A stretch of 64,000 nt of DNA from Blastocatellia bacterium (lineage in GTDB: Bacteria; Acidobacteriota; Blastocatellia; HR10; J050). The stretch spans positions 10,979 to 74,978 of the forward strand of contig JALSQX010000052.1 of NCBI GenBank assembly GCA_026985075.1, written 5' to 3'. This document shows positions 46,052 to 56,192 of the stretch, in pieces. Numbering within the stretch: the first letter of the stretch is position 1; each line of letters starts with the position of its first letter. The position numbers and the translations under genes were made by a program. Under the pieces are notes generated by a model, which was given only the letters and a program-made list of their open reading frames with translations, did no database searches and was not told the origin of the DNA.

Positions 46052-46987
46052 TCACAATGAAGAGAGCCGAACGAAAGTGACCGTGTCTTTCAGAAAGTTC
46101 GGCACCACCAACCAATTCCGTTCCACATCCACAGTGAGGTCCGCCGGCGAGCGCATTCGAGCGATGACTGATGAGCTGAGGTTCGGCTCCAAGCGAAAGA
46201 CGCGGCCACGCACGAAGTCGCTGATATACAGGTTTCCGGCAGCATCGAAAGCGAGTCCATCGCCGGCACCAAACCGGCGAGCGATGATGCTGGCCGATGA
46301 CCCGTCGGGAGCAATAGCCACGAGATTCCCATTCCGTAAATCGATGACGAGCACGCTTCCCGGTTCGCCGCCGAAGCCTCCCTCCTCATCCACGATGACG
46401 CCATTGGGCATCCGGAGAGGATTCGCGGGTCCGGCATCCAAAAAAAGCGTCACCTCTCCATCCAGGTTGGCCGCAAAAATGATGCCCCGGTTGGTATCAG
46501 AGATGAACAGATGACCATCCTCATCGGCGGCAATATCGTTCAACATGCCGGTGCCCCCCGGAAAACGGTCCGGGGGCAGAAACACGTTCTTCTCGCCGGC
46601 CATGTCACCCGTCGTTTCGATTTGCCAAACCCGATCGTCGTCGACGACGAATAACCGAGTCCCCACAAACACGGTGCCAGTGGGATCATTGAGGCCGGTG
46701 GCGACATCCGTCACGGTGACCGTCCCGTCAAAGGGGTTCCCCGAAATGGCCTTGATGCTTCCATCCTCTGGCACGCCATTGCCCCCGATGTTGGAGACGT
46801 AATATCGACCGTCGGGACCGACGGCCACGCTCTCCGGCGTCTCAAATCCAGGAACCTCGATCATGTCAAGCTGAACGATGGGCGTTGCGCGAGCCGCGCC
46901 GAGAATCCCGACGAGAAAAACCAGCGCCAGCAACATCCAGCCGCACCGTTCCATATTGTCTGACTGTCGCATTCGCATGATCCTCAT
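46052..46987 (-). CDS. Secreted beta-propeller protein (SMP-30/gluconolactonase/LRE- or NHL-repeat-like)
   Basis: Signal peptide WMLLALVFLVGILGAARA. Repeated motifs P.GV.VD..G..Y(I/V)SD (ESVAVGPDGRYYVSN, NDIAADEDGHLFISD, DGLAFDAAGNLYISD). Confidence 0.6.
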   Translation of the reverse strand: MRIMRMRQSDNMERCGWMLLALVFLVGILGAARATPIVQLDMIEVPGFETPESVAVGPDGRYYVSNIGGNGVPEDGSIKAISGNPFDGTVTVTDVATGLNDPTGTVFVGTRLFVVDDDRVWQIETTGDMAGEKNVFLPPDRFPGGTGMLNDIAADEDGHLFISDTNRGIIFAANLDGEVTLFLDAGPANPLRMPNGVIVDEEGGFGGEPGSVLVIDLRNGNLVAIAPDGSSASIIARRFGAGDGLAFDAAGNLYISDFVRGRVFRLEPNLSSSVIARMRSPADLTVDVERNWLVVPNFLKDTVTFVRLSSL

Positions 46988-47370
46988 GCCTCCATGGGCT
47001 GTGGGTCATTCGGTCTCCTTCATCGAGCCGAAAGTTTCCCTTTGTGAATCGAGCAGCAGTGACCATCGAATTGTACGCGCCAGTTTGAGCCGAAGCAAGC
47101 GAGACCCTTATCCGTGCACTGGGAAAAGGATCGCTCAGGGAACCACACTCCTCCTATCCCTCTCAGGATGATGGGGGGAACGAACGGCCTTCTCTGCTGC
47201 GAAGTGTGCTCTCGGTTCCTGCACCGACTTTCCTCGTCGTCCAAGTCGACGCACAACGGTTCTTTGCTACAATAATGCGCACTTCAATTGAGCATTCGCC
47301 GCGCGGCGAAGAAGGTATGAGGCAGACGATCACCCTCGGTGCCGGAGCGGTGGGTGCGAAGGAGAGGAGC

Positions 47371-48723
47371 ATGCGCCCGACCAATGATGCGAACGTTGCT
47401 CTCAAATTCCTGGCTTCCGCCGCAGTCGGCATCGGCTTTTTTCTCTGGCCCATTCAATTCGGCGGGCGAATGACGGTGATGTTTGATATCCTGGTCAAGT
47501 TCGTCACCGGTCGCTATCCCCAGCTCGTCGCCCCCTACTGCTTCGGACTCATCCTGGTGGGTGCTCTGGCCACGATGTTGAGCGGAAGAGTCCGGGTCGG
47601 CTCGCTGAGAAAATTCCTCGCCTCCTATGCGAGTTCGCTCCCGTTCTCCATCCTACGCGTCATCGGCCTTCTGGTGGCGACGATGATCTATTTTCGGATG
47701 GGTCCGACTGCCATCTTCACGCCCAGCGTATCTCATCTGATGTGGGAGACGCTCACCTTCTCCGTCGGCGTGATCATCCCCGTGGGGGCCATTTTCCTGA
47801 ACATTTTCATCAGCTATGGTTGTCTGGAATTCGTCGGCACGCTCATGCGCCCGCTCATGCGTCCACTCTTTCGGCTTCCCGGTCGGGCGGCACTGGATGC
47901 GCTCACCTCCTGGCTGGGGAGCTATTCCATTGGCCTCTATATGACGCGAAGGCTGTTTGAGCAGGGATACTACAATCGGCGCGAGGCATACACGATCGCC
48001 ACCTGCTTCTCCACGGTGAGCATTGGATTCGTGGCCGTCGTCGCGGCCACATTGGATGTGCTCCGCTTCTTTCCTCTTCTCTTCCTCACCTACTTTTTTG
48101 CCGTCTACGCCCTGGCCGCCGTATTGACGCGCGGTTGGCCAATCGCGCACATTCCGGAAACCTACCTCGTCGAGCCTCATCCGGAGAAAGACGTGCAGGG
48201 CACGCCCGGCGAGTACCTGCGCTGGGCCTGGAAGCGCGCGTTGAACAGAGCGGCCAGTGCTCCTGGATGGGCGACGGTCGCCCGTACAGGTTTTTTGGAC
48301 GGCTTGAGGTTGGCCTCCACTATTTTGGGAACGATCCTCTCCATTGGCACTTCAGCCCTACTGGTGGCCGAACACACCCCGGTGTTCTCCGTTCTCGGCT
48401 CTCCGTTCATTCCTCTCCTCGAATGGTTTGGGCTTCCCTCCGCTGAGCGGCTCGCCCCGGCAACCGTCGCTGGGATCACCGAGATGTACATTCCCGCACT
48501 ACTCATCAAGGGGGCTCCGCTCTCCGCCCGCTTTTTCATCGCCGCCCTCTCCGTCTCCCAGCTCATCTTTTTCTCCTCGGTCGGCCCGATGATCCTGGAC
48601 CTGTTCAAAGATATCCCGGTGCGGTTTTATGAGCTGGTGGCTCTCTTCTTCATCCGCACGCTCCTGCTGATCCCTCCGTTGGCCGCTCTGACAATGCTCC
48701 TGACCCACATGGGGTGGTTGTGA
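47371..48723 (+). CDS. YjiH-like membrane protein with nucleoside-recognition (Gate) domains
   Basis: Start ATG 47371 (AAGGAGAGGAG SD). NVALKFLASAAVGIGFFLWPIQF resembles the YjiH-family N-terminus. Polytopic. Confidence 0.55.
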   Translation: MRPTNDANVALKFLASAAVGIGFFLWPIQFGGRMTVMFDILVKFVTGRYPQLVAPYCFGLILVGALATMLSGRVRVGSLRKFLASYASSLPFSILRVIGLLVATMIYFRMGPTAIFTPSVSHLMWETLTFSVGVIIPVGAIFLNIFISYGCLEFVGTLMRPLMRPLFRLPGRAALDALTSWLGSYSIGLYMTRRLFEQGYYNRREAYTIATCFSTVSIGFVAVVAATLDVLRFFPLLFLTYFFAVYALAAVLTRGWPIAHIPETYLVEPHPEKDVQGTPGEYLRWAWKRALNRAASAPGWATVARTGFLDGLRLASTILGTILSIGTSALLVAEHTPVFSVLGSPFIPLLEWFGLPSAERLAPATVAGITEMYIPALLIKGAPLSARFFIAALSVSQLIFFSSVGPMILDLFKDIPVRFYELVALFFIRTLLLIPPLAALTMLLTHMGWL

Positions 48724-49156
48724 AGGGGTGATGTCTGGTCGAAGAGCAGGTGCCCGAGTGAACGATTGTCCCCCGGTGAGCGAAGCTTCGTTCCTCGCCG
48801 GCCGCTGGACTCCGCTCCAGAGAGGAATACTGTGATTCCTGAGAGTCGAGTTCTGGACGTTTGGAAATCGAATGCCCGTTGTGGTGTTCGGGAGCGCCAG
48901 GGACACGGAGCCGAATGGCGAAACCCGTGAGACTCCGCGACGAACTCTCGCCGGGCGACCGCTCGCTGACCGGTCGGGCCTTTTTGACCAACGACGCGAC
49001 GCTCAAGCGGGCGAGCGTCCTGCGCGTCCTCGTTCTTGACGAGCTCGCTCTCTGACGCCATGGCCCATTGACCGTTGACGTGACCGCTGACACGTTTTAA
49101 TCTTCCTCGCTGTGAAGGATTCCACAGAGTATCCCTTGGGTAAGGAGGCGTGGAAC

Positions 49157-51301
49157 ATGTCGGGACACTCTCAGCGTCATTTGAAACGGCTCTTGTTCAG
49201 CACTCGTTGGATCTGGCCTCTTATCCTGGTGCTCGGCGTGCTGACCGGATGGGCGCCGGTGGAGACGCGGCAAGGGCCGCCCAAGACGCCGATCAAACCC
49301 GTCAAAGAGACGCTTCATGGTGTCACCATCATTGATCCTTATCGCTGGTTAGAGGATCAATGGAGTCCAGAGACTCGCGCCTGGATCAAAGCGCAGAATG
49401 CCTACACGCGCTCCATCCTCGATCCGCTCCCCAGTCGAGACAATATCAAACGGCGACTCACCGAACTGCTGAAAATCGATACAGTGAGCGTTCCCATCGC
49501 GCGTGGTGGGCGATACTTCTTCACCAAGCGGCGCGCCGATCAGGACTTGCCCATCATCTATATGCGTCGAGGGCTTCAGGGCGAGGATGAGGTTCTCATT
49601 GATCCCCACCCCTGGAGTCCGGATCACACCACCAGCGTGAGTATCCTCGACGTCTCCCAGGATGGCACGCTATTGGCCTATGGCGTGCGAGAAGGAGGTC
49701 AGGATGAGATCGCAGTGAAACTCTTCGACGTTGATCGACGAAAAGACCTCCCCGACCACCTGCCCAAAGCGCGTTATTTTGGCATCTCGCTCACGCCCGA
49801 TAAGAAAGGTTTCTACTATTCGCGCCACAGTGCTCAAGGTTCGCGCATCTACTATCATGCATTGGGAACCGAACCGGCCCGGGATCGAGAGATCTTCGGT
49901 GAAGGTTACGGACCGGGCCAAATCGTGCTCAGCGACCTCTCGGAAGACGGACGGTTTCTGCTCATCACCGTACTCTATGGCGCTGGCGCGACGAAGTCCG
50001 AATTGTACGTCAAGGAAGTGGCCAAAGAGGGACCGGCGATCCCCATTGTCAAGGACCTCGACGCCCTGTTCAGCGGCCAGATCGCCGATGGTCAGCTCTT
50101 CATTCACACCAACTGGAAGGCGCCCAACGGTCGCATCCTGCGCGCCGATCTCAAAAATCCGGCGCGCGAGCATTGGCGCGAGATCATCCCCGAGCGCCAG
50201 GCCGTCATCCGCGGTTTCTCACTGGCCGGCGGCAAGCTGTTCGTCAATTATCTGGAGAATGTCGTCTCGCGCGTCCGGGTTTTCCAGCCCGATGGAGAGC
50301 CCGTTCGAGATATCACCTTCCCAGACATCGGATCGGTTGGTACTATCAGTGGTCGCTGGGAGAGCAATGAAGCCTTCTACGCGTTCTCCTCATTCCACAT
50401 CCCCCCCACCATTTACCGGTATGATGTGGCGACCGGTAAACAGGAGGTGTGGGCGCGGCTCGCCGTGCCAATCAACAGCGATCGGTTCGACGTCGAGCAA
50501 GTATGGTATGCGTCCAAAGACGGCACGCGCATCCCCATGTTCCTCATGCATCTGAAAGGGCTCAAGCGCGATGGATCGCATCCCACGCTATTGACCGGAT
50601 ACGGTGGATTCAATGTGAGTCTGACGCCGAGGTTTTCCCCTCGCGCCGTCCTCTGGGTGGAGCATGGCGGCGTCTACGCCGTACCCAATCTGCGCGGAGG
50701 CGGCGAATTCGGCGAAAAATGGCACCGCGCGGGGATGCTCGAAAACAAGCAGAACGTGTTCGATGATTTCATCGCCGCCGCCGAGTGGTTGATCAAGAAC
50801 GGGTATACCCAGCCGAAGAAGCTGGCCATCTCCGGTGGAAGCAATGGTGGGCTCCTGGTTGGAGCGGCGCTCACTCAACGTCCCGAGCTGTTCCGGGCAG
50901 TAGTCTGCCGCTATCCGTTGCTCGACATGATCCGCTACCATAAGTTCCTGGTGGCCAAGTTCTGGATTCCCGAATATGGGTCATCGGATGATCCCAAGCA
51001 GTTCAAATATCTCTACGCCTATTCGCCGTACCATCACGTGAAATCGGGGACGAAGTATCCGGCTGTCTTGTTCGTCACCGGCGATTCAGATACCCGCGTC
51101 GATCCGCTTCATGCTCGCAAGATGACCGCACGGTTGCAGGCGGCGACGGCCTCGGATCGCCCCATCCTGCTCCGCTACGATACCAAGGCGGGACACTCGG
51201 GCGGCTTGCCCGTCAGCCGGCAAATCGAGGAACTGACCGACGAATTGTCCTTTCTGTTCTGGCAACTCGGAGTCGCTCAAGGACGCTCATCGTCGCCGTA
51301 A
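49157..51301 (+). CDS. Prolyl oligopeptidase (S9A family), with signal peptide
   Basis: Start ATG 49157 (AGGAGG 8 nt upstream). DPYRWLED N-terminal hallmark. Catalytic Ser motif ISGGSNGGLL. D and H region (GDSDTRVDP, KAGHSGG). Confidence 0.85.
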   Translation: MSGHSQRHLKRLLFSTRWIWPLILVLGVLTGWAPVETRQGPPKTPIKPVKETLHGVTIIDPYRWLEDQWSPETRAWIKAQNAYTRSILDPLPSRDNIKRRLTELLKIDTVSVPIARGGRYFFTKRRADQDLPIIYMRRGLQGEDEVLIDPHPWSPDHTTSVSILDVSQDGTLLAYGVREGGQDEIAVKLFDVDRRKDLPDHLPKARYFGISLTPDKKGFYYSRHSAQGSRIYYHALGTEPARDREIFGEGYGPGQIVLSDLSEDGRFLLITVLYGAGATKSELYVKEVAKEGPAIPIVKDLDALFSGQIADGQLFIHTNWKAPNGRILRADLKNPAREHWREIIPERQAVIRGFSLAGGKLFVNYLENVVSRVRVFQPDGEPVRDITFPDIGSVGTISGRWESNEAFYAFSSFHIPPTIYRYDVATGKQEVWARLAVPINSDRFDVEQVWYASKDGTRIPMFLMHLKGLKRDGSHPTLLTGYGGFNVSLTPRFSPRAVLWVEHGGVYAVPNLRGGGEFGEKWHRAGMLENKQNVFDDFIAAAEWLIKNGYTQPKKLAISGGSNGGLLVGAALTQRPELFRAVVCRYPLLDMIRYHKFLVAKFWIPEYGSSDDPKQFKYLYAYSPYHHVKSGTKYPAVLFVTGDSDTRVDPLHARKMTARLQAATASDRPILLRYDTKAGHSGGLPVSRQIEELTDELSFLFWQLGVAQGRSSSP

Positions 51302-51347
51302 TGTCGAAGCGATCGAGACCGGGCGCCGAGCTCGATTGAGGGAGTAC

Positions 51348-52043
51348 ATGCTCGATCTCACCACATACGAAGTCCTCACCTTCGACTGCTACGGGACGCT
51401 CATCGATTGGGAGAAGGGCATCTTGACCGCTCTCAGGCCGGTCCTCTCTGCTCATGATTGCCATCTCGACGATGAGCGCATCCTCTCGCTTTATGCGACC
51501 ATTGAATCGGGCATCGAAGCGGGCCCCTACATGACGTATCGAGAGGTGTTGCGAACTGTGGTGCGGGAGTTCGGGCGACGATTAGGGTTCCGACCAACGC
51601 CGACCGAACTCCCATGTCTCGTCGAGTCGTTGAAGGATTGGCCTCCGTTCCCCGACACAATAGACGCCTTGCCCAAGCTGAAACAAGCCTACCGGCTGGC
51701 CATCATCTCCAATGTCGACGATGACCTGTTCGCCCTCTCGGCCCGCGCTCTGCCCGTCGAGTTCGACGTCATCGTCACCGCCGAGCAAGTCCGCAGTTAT
51801 AAGCCCTCGCTGAGGAACTTCCGAACAGCCATCGAAAAGATCGGCATCCCGCCGGATCGAATCCTTCATGTGGCCCAGAGCCTCTACCACGACATTGTGC
51901 CGGCCAAGCGGCTCGGGCTGGCCACCGTTTGGGTTAATCGGCATAAAGAGAAGGAGGGCTGGGGGGCCACGCCCCCGGCCAGCGGTCGGCCGGATCTGGA
52001 AGTGCCCGACCTCCGCGCCCTCGTTTCCCTCATGAGAAGATAA
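51348..52043 (+). CDS. HAD-superfamily hydrolase (haloacid dehalogenase type II-like)
   Basis: VLTFDCYGTLIDWE (DxYGTL motif I), ISNVDD, SYKP lysine motif. The start is ATG 51348 or TTG 51336. Confidence 0.75.
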   Translation: MLDLTTYEVLTFDCYGTLIDWEKGILTALRPVLSAHDCHLDDERILSLYATIESGIEAGPYMTYREVLRTVVREFGRRLGFRPTPTELPCLVESLKDWPPFPDTIDALPKLKQAYRLAIISNVDDDLFALSARALPVEFDVIVTAEQVRSYKPSLRNFRTAIEKIGIPPDRILHVAQSLYHDIVPAKRLGLATVWVNRHKEKEGWGATPPASGRPDLEVPDLRALVSLMRR

Positions 52044-52164
52044 TCACCGGGGAGATTGAGGAGACGCTGTCTTGCCGTAGTCATGAATCCGATAGGGTTT
52101 TCACGCACCGTATCGGTTCCCACCCCTCACCATCCCTTTGCGCACGCCGGGTGAACCCTCCATC

Positions 52165-52201
52165 AATGAGCGTTCGCGTCCGTTGGCGAACGAATCTCAT
52201 T
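52165..52201 (+). terminator. Extended hairpin downstream of the HAD gene (weak terminator or leader structure)
   Basis: AATGAG-CGTTCGC-loop GTCCGTTG-GCGAACG-AAT-CTCATT: 13 bp with a 3-nt bulge. Followed by TTGGAGATCATCTTTTCT, which is not a clean U-tract. Confidence 0.3.
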
Positions 52202-52291
52202 TGGAGATCATCTTTTCTAGTGAGAGATGTAAACGGCGGTCCGGATCGCACACGGCGTGGTCGTTGAACCCGGAGTGGGGAGACAGCGAAT

Positions 52292-53305
52292 ATGAGAAAA
52301 CAGCAGATGACATGGAGTGATAGATCCCTGACCTCCGGTTCGAGGGAACGAACCCTCCTGGCCGGATTTTCGCTGATGCTCATTGTGAGTGGAGGTCTCC
52401 TCAGCGCGGCGCTCATCGGCCATGCCATCGGATGGGAGCGCGTGTCTGCGCCCGAACGCCCGCCTCTCATGGTGACGCCTCCAGCCCGGGAAACGCGGCC
52501 CGCGCCGCCTAAATCCGAGCCCGAGGCCCTGCCATCTCCTGCACCCGTCCTGTATTCCCCCTTTCCGATACACGGCCTGGAATCGCTGGCCGAGCTACAA
52601 TCCCGGTTGAAGCCGGAGGCCCTCTCCCTCGTTCTCAAACTCAATCGCCTGGATGACCGGCACATTCGACGGGGCAGCACACTGATCATTCCCGATCCCA
52701 TTCCCGACTGGATGGATCTTTCGCCTTTCCCGCATCGGGTCGAAGCCCTCCGCTCTATCGCCAAGATCATTCTCGTCTCCCGGCGCGTACAGGCATTCGG
52801 AGCTTATGAGTTCGGACACCTCGTCCGATGGGGGCCGACCAGTACGGGAAAGAAGAGCACGCCCACGCCGGCGGGCCTCTATCACACCAATTGGAAGGCG
52901 AGACGGCGACGAAGCACGGTCAACCCCGCCTGGCTACTGCGATGGTATGTGAATCTGGAGAATCGGGAGGGAATCTCCTTCCACCAGTATTCGCTACCTG
53001 GCTACCCGGCGAGCCACGCTTGTATTCGGCTGTTCGAGGACGATGCGCGCTGGATTTATCACTGGCTCGACCAATGGATTCTGGCCGAGGATGGACGGAC
53101 GATTCTCGCCCAGGGGACGCCGGTCATCGTTTTCGGCCGGTATTCCTATGGAGAAGAGCCTCCCTGGAAGCGGCTCATAGAGGACCCTCGAGCCACGATG
53201 ATCACCGAGCGAGAGATCGAAGAAGTCCTCCGTCCTTACCGGGCCCGTCTCGAGCGAGAGGCGAACGAGCGCGAGAGGCTGGTGGCTCAGCTCCGATCGC
53301 GATAA
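52292..53305 (+). CDS. L,D-transpeptidase (YkuD) domain protein
   Basis: N-terminal TM anchor. Catalytic motif HQYSLPGYPASHACIRL (His ... SH[GA]CIR[LM]). Confidence 0.75.
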   Translation: MRKQQMTWSDRSLTSGSRERTLLAGFSLMLIVSGGLLSAALIGHAIGWERVSAPERPPLMVTPPARETRPAPPKSEPEALPSPAPVLYSPFPIHGLESLAELQSRLKPEALSLVLKLNRLDDRHIRRGSTLIIPDPIPDWMDLSPFPHRVEALRSIAKIILVSRRVQAFGAYEFGHLVRWGPTSTGKKSTPTPAGLYHTNWKARRRRSTVNPAWLLRWYVNLENREGISFHQYSLPGYPASHACIRLFEDDARWIYHWLDQWILAEDGRTILAQGTPVIVFGRYSYGEEPPWKRLIEDPRATMITEREIEEVLRPYRARLEREANERERLVAQLRSR

Positions 53306-53633
53306 CGCGCTCGTCGGATCATCCCTCGAGCCCTCCGCCAGCATACGCGACCCACACAGAGCCGATCATCCTACCGCCTGATGAGCGAAGGAACCATCCC
53401 GCGGGTTTCCCTCTCCGGATGATGAGAGATCATAATCGGAAGGAACCGAGAAACATGATTTGAACGTTGCCAAAACGCTCGAACTGTATCAACATTGATA
53501 GTTGGTCTGAGGATGCACAATCAAGACGAGATGTGGCGAGCGCCAGCATCTCTCATGGCGAGGGGACTTCCCTCTGGGAAGCACGCCCGTGAGGAGCGGG
53601 TCAGAGACTTTGGAAAGGAGGGAGAGCAGTACC

Positions 53634-54515
53634 ATGAGTGAAGATACCTATCGGGTCAAAGTGGGCTTGGCCGAAATGCTCAAAGGGGGCGTGATCATGG
53701 ATGTGACCAACGCCGAGCAAGCGCGAATTGCCGAGGACGCGGGCGCGGTCGCCGTCATGGCGCTCGAACGCGTCCCCGCAGACATTCGCGCGCAGGGCGG
53801 CGTGGCCCGAATGGCTTCGCCGAAAAAGATTCGCGAGATCATGGATGCCGTCTCCATTCCGGTGATGGCGAAAGTCCGCATCGGTCACTTCGTCGAAGCG
53901 CAAGTGCTGGAAGCACTGGGCGTCGATTTCATCGATGAGAGCGAAGTGCTCACGCCAGCGGATGAGGAGCATCACATCGACAAACATCAATTCAAAGTCC
54001 CATTCGTATGCGGGGCCCGCGATTTGGGCGAAGCGCTCCGACGCATCGGCGAGGGAGCGGCGATGATTCGCACCAAAGGCGAGGCGGGGTCCGGGAATAT
54101 CGTCGAGGCTGTTCGTCACTTGCGGAGCGTCATGGGCGCCATCCGGCGACTGACCGTCCTGCCTAAAGAAGAATTGATGGCCGAGAGCAAGCGATTGGGG
54201 GCTCCCTATGAGCTGGTGCGCTGGGTCGCCGAGCACGGAAAATTGCCCGTGCCCAACTTCGCGGCTGGAGGTATTGCGACGCCAGCGGATGCGGCGCTCT
54301 GCATGCAACTGGGCGCCGAATCGGTATTCGTGGGCTCGGGCATTTTCAAGTCGGAAGACCCGGCGGCGCGAGCGCGAGCTATCGTCAAAGCGACGACGCA
54401 TTACAACGATCCCAAGATCATCCTCGAGGCCAGCGAGGAACTCGGCGAGGCCATGCCCGGTCTGGACGTGAGCAAGCTGGCCAAGGAAGAGCTCCTTCAG
54501 ACGCGGGGCTGGTAA
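53634..54515 (+). CDS. pdxS: Pyridoxal 5'-phosphate synthase, lyase subunit PdxS
   Basis: Near full-length recognisable identity to PdxS: [72 protein letters not shown]. Confidence 0.95.
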   Translation: MSEDTYRVKVGLAEMLKGGVIMDVTNAEQARIAEDAGAVAVMALERVPADIRAQGGVARMASPKKIREIMDAVSIPVMAKVRIGHFVEAQVLEALGVDFIDESEVLTPADEEHHIDKHQFKVPFVCGARDLGEALRRIGEGAAMIRTKGEAGSGNIVEAVRHLRSVMGAIRRLTVLPKEELMAESKRLGAPYELVRWVAEHGKLPVPNFAAGGIATPADAALCMQLGAESVFVGSGIFKSEDPAARARAIVKATTHYNDPKIILEASEELGEAMPGLDVSKLAKEELLQTRGW

Positions 54516-54544
54516 TCGATGCTGATATTCCCGAGTCACTTGAG

Positions 54545-55129
54545 ATGACACCGATGAGGATTGGCGTACTGGCGATACAAGGCGATTTTGCCGCGCACGG
54601 GCGCGTATTGGAACGTCTCGGCGTCCGCTGGTGCGAAGTGCGCTATCCTGAGCAATTGGAGGAGCTCTCGGGGCTCATCATTCCCGGCGGCGAGAGCACC
54701 ACGATGTTGAAGTTTTTGTTCGATGAAGGATTCATCGAACCACTGAAGCAGTATGCGCGACGAGGAGCCCTGTTGGGGACGTGTGCGGGCGCCATCTTGC
54801 TGGCCCGTGAGGTCACCAATCCCCCTCAACCGTCTCTCAACCTCGTGGATATTGCTGTCAAACGAAATGCCTATGGCCGTCAGGTAGATAGTTTCATCGA
54901 CACGACGATGAGCCCCGCTCTGGGTCCTCCGCCTCTAGAGATGGTCTTCATCCGAGCGCCGATCATCACCGGCGTGGGATCGGGCGTCGAAGTGTTGGCC
55001 GAGCACCGAGGCCATCCCGTCCTCGTTCAACAGGGCTCCCATGTGATCGCCACCTTTCATCCAGAGTTGACGTCCGATACGCGCGTGCATGAATTATTCC
55101 TCGCGTTGGCTGACCGCCGCTCCGAATAA
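54545..55129 (+). CDS. pdxT: Pyridoxal 5'-phosphate synthase, glutaminase subunit PdxT
   Basis: RIGVLAIQGDFAAH, GLIIPGGESTTM, GTCAGAILLA (catalytic Cys), FHPELT. The start is ATG 54545 or 54554. Confidence 0.9.
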   Translation: MTPMRIGVLAIQGDFAAHGRVLERLGVRWCEVRYPEQLEELSGLIIPGGESTTMLKFLFDEGFIEPLKQYARRGALLGTCAGAILLAREVTNPPQPSLNLVDIAVKRNAYGRQVDSFIDTTMSPALGPPPLEMVFIRAPIITGVGSGVEVLAEHRGHPVLVQQGSHVIATFHPELTSDTRVHELFLALADRRSE

Positions 55130-55136
55130 GACCCAG

Positions 55137-56156
55137 ATGATGAAAAAAGAGAGTCCCTTCCATGCTCGTCACATGAGTCCCCCTCTTGGCGAATCGAGCC
55201 CTCCTCACCCCGCCTCGTCAACGATGGCCACGCCCCTCAGTCGGCGATGGACGCACGTTGATCTGCTCATGCTACTCATGGCTCTGATCTGGGGCGTGAA
55301 CTTCGCCGTCATCAAAATCGCCCTGCGAGAGTTCCATCCCCTCAGCTTCAATGCCATTCGCTTCTTTCTCGCCTCCAGTCTCCTCACCCTCGCCGTGTGG
55401 CGGCAAGCGGGCATTCGTCGCTGGAGAACGATCGAGCGCCGCGATCTCCGACACCTCATCGGGTTGGGCATCCTGGCTAACTGTTTCTACCAGATCGCCT
55501 TCATTCACGGCATCAATTTGACGCTGGCGGGCAACGCGGCGCTCATCCTCGGCGCGACGCCGGTTCTGACCACTCTGCTCAGTGCCTGGCGCGGACACGA
55601 GCAACTGGGACCGCGCTCCATCCTGGGAGTGGCGGCATCCTTCCTGGGCGTGGCGCTCATTGTGGTGAGCACTCACCAGACGATCCGTTTCAGCGGGACG
55701 TTCATGGGCGATCTTCTCATCCTGAGCTGCACGGTCCTCTGGTCCATTTATACTGTGGGGCTCCAACCGCTCATTCCCAAATACGGCTATATGGAATGCA
55801 CGCGGCTGGCTATGATCGCCGGTACTGTCCCCCTGATCGTCTTCTCTCTTCCCTCACTGCTCCGTCAATCGTGGGATCGCGTGGATATCGTGGCCTGGGG
55901 AGCTCTGCTGTTCAGCGCCGCCGGAGCCATCGCGCTGTGCTATTCCATCTGGACCTATGGCGTTCGACAGTTGGGGAATACGCGCACAGCCGCTTATGCC
56001 AATCTCACCATGCCCTTCGCCCTCCTCGTCGCCTGGATCATGTTAGGGGAGCGGCCAGGTCTCGGCCAACTGGGCGGCCTGCTGGCCATTCTCGGCGGGC
56101 TCTATCTGACGCGCACCGATTGGAGGAACAAGCTCCCCGCCGATCCGGCCGCATGA
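55137..56156 (+). CDS. EamA-family (DMT superfamily) transporter
   Basis: 10-TM-like profile. LLMALIWGVNFAVIKIAL is a typical EamA repeat start. The start codon is uncertain (55137 or downstream ATGs). Confidence 0.75.
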   Translation: MMKKESPFHARHMSPPLGESSPPHPASSTMATPLSRRWTHVDLLMLLMALIWGVNFAVIKIALREFHPLSFNAIRFFLASSLLTLAVWRQAGIRRWRTIERRDLRHLIGLGILANCFYQIAFIHGINLTLAGNAALILGATPVLTTLLSAWRGHEQLGPRSILGVAASFLGVALIVVSTHQTIRFSGTFMGDLLILSCTVLWSIYTVGLQPLIPKYGYMECTRLAMIAGTVPLIVFSLPSLLRQSWDRVDIVAWGALLFSAAGAIALCYSIWTYGVRQLGNTRTAAYANLTMPFALLVAWIMLGERPGLGQLGGLLAILGGLYLTRTDWRNKLPADPAA

Positions 56157-56192
56157 TCCTCCTCACCGATGGGCTCGTCTTCCTGCGCACCC

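Noticed and set aside
53378-53454. Hammerhead-ribozyme-like strings CTGATGAG ... GAAAC upstream of pdxS, with direct repeats GAAGGAACC (53387 and 53439).
   Set aside because: The sequences between the core motifs are direct repeats, not inverted ones. I could not draw stems I, II and III, so it is most likely a coincidence.
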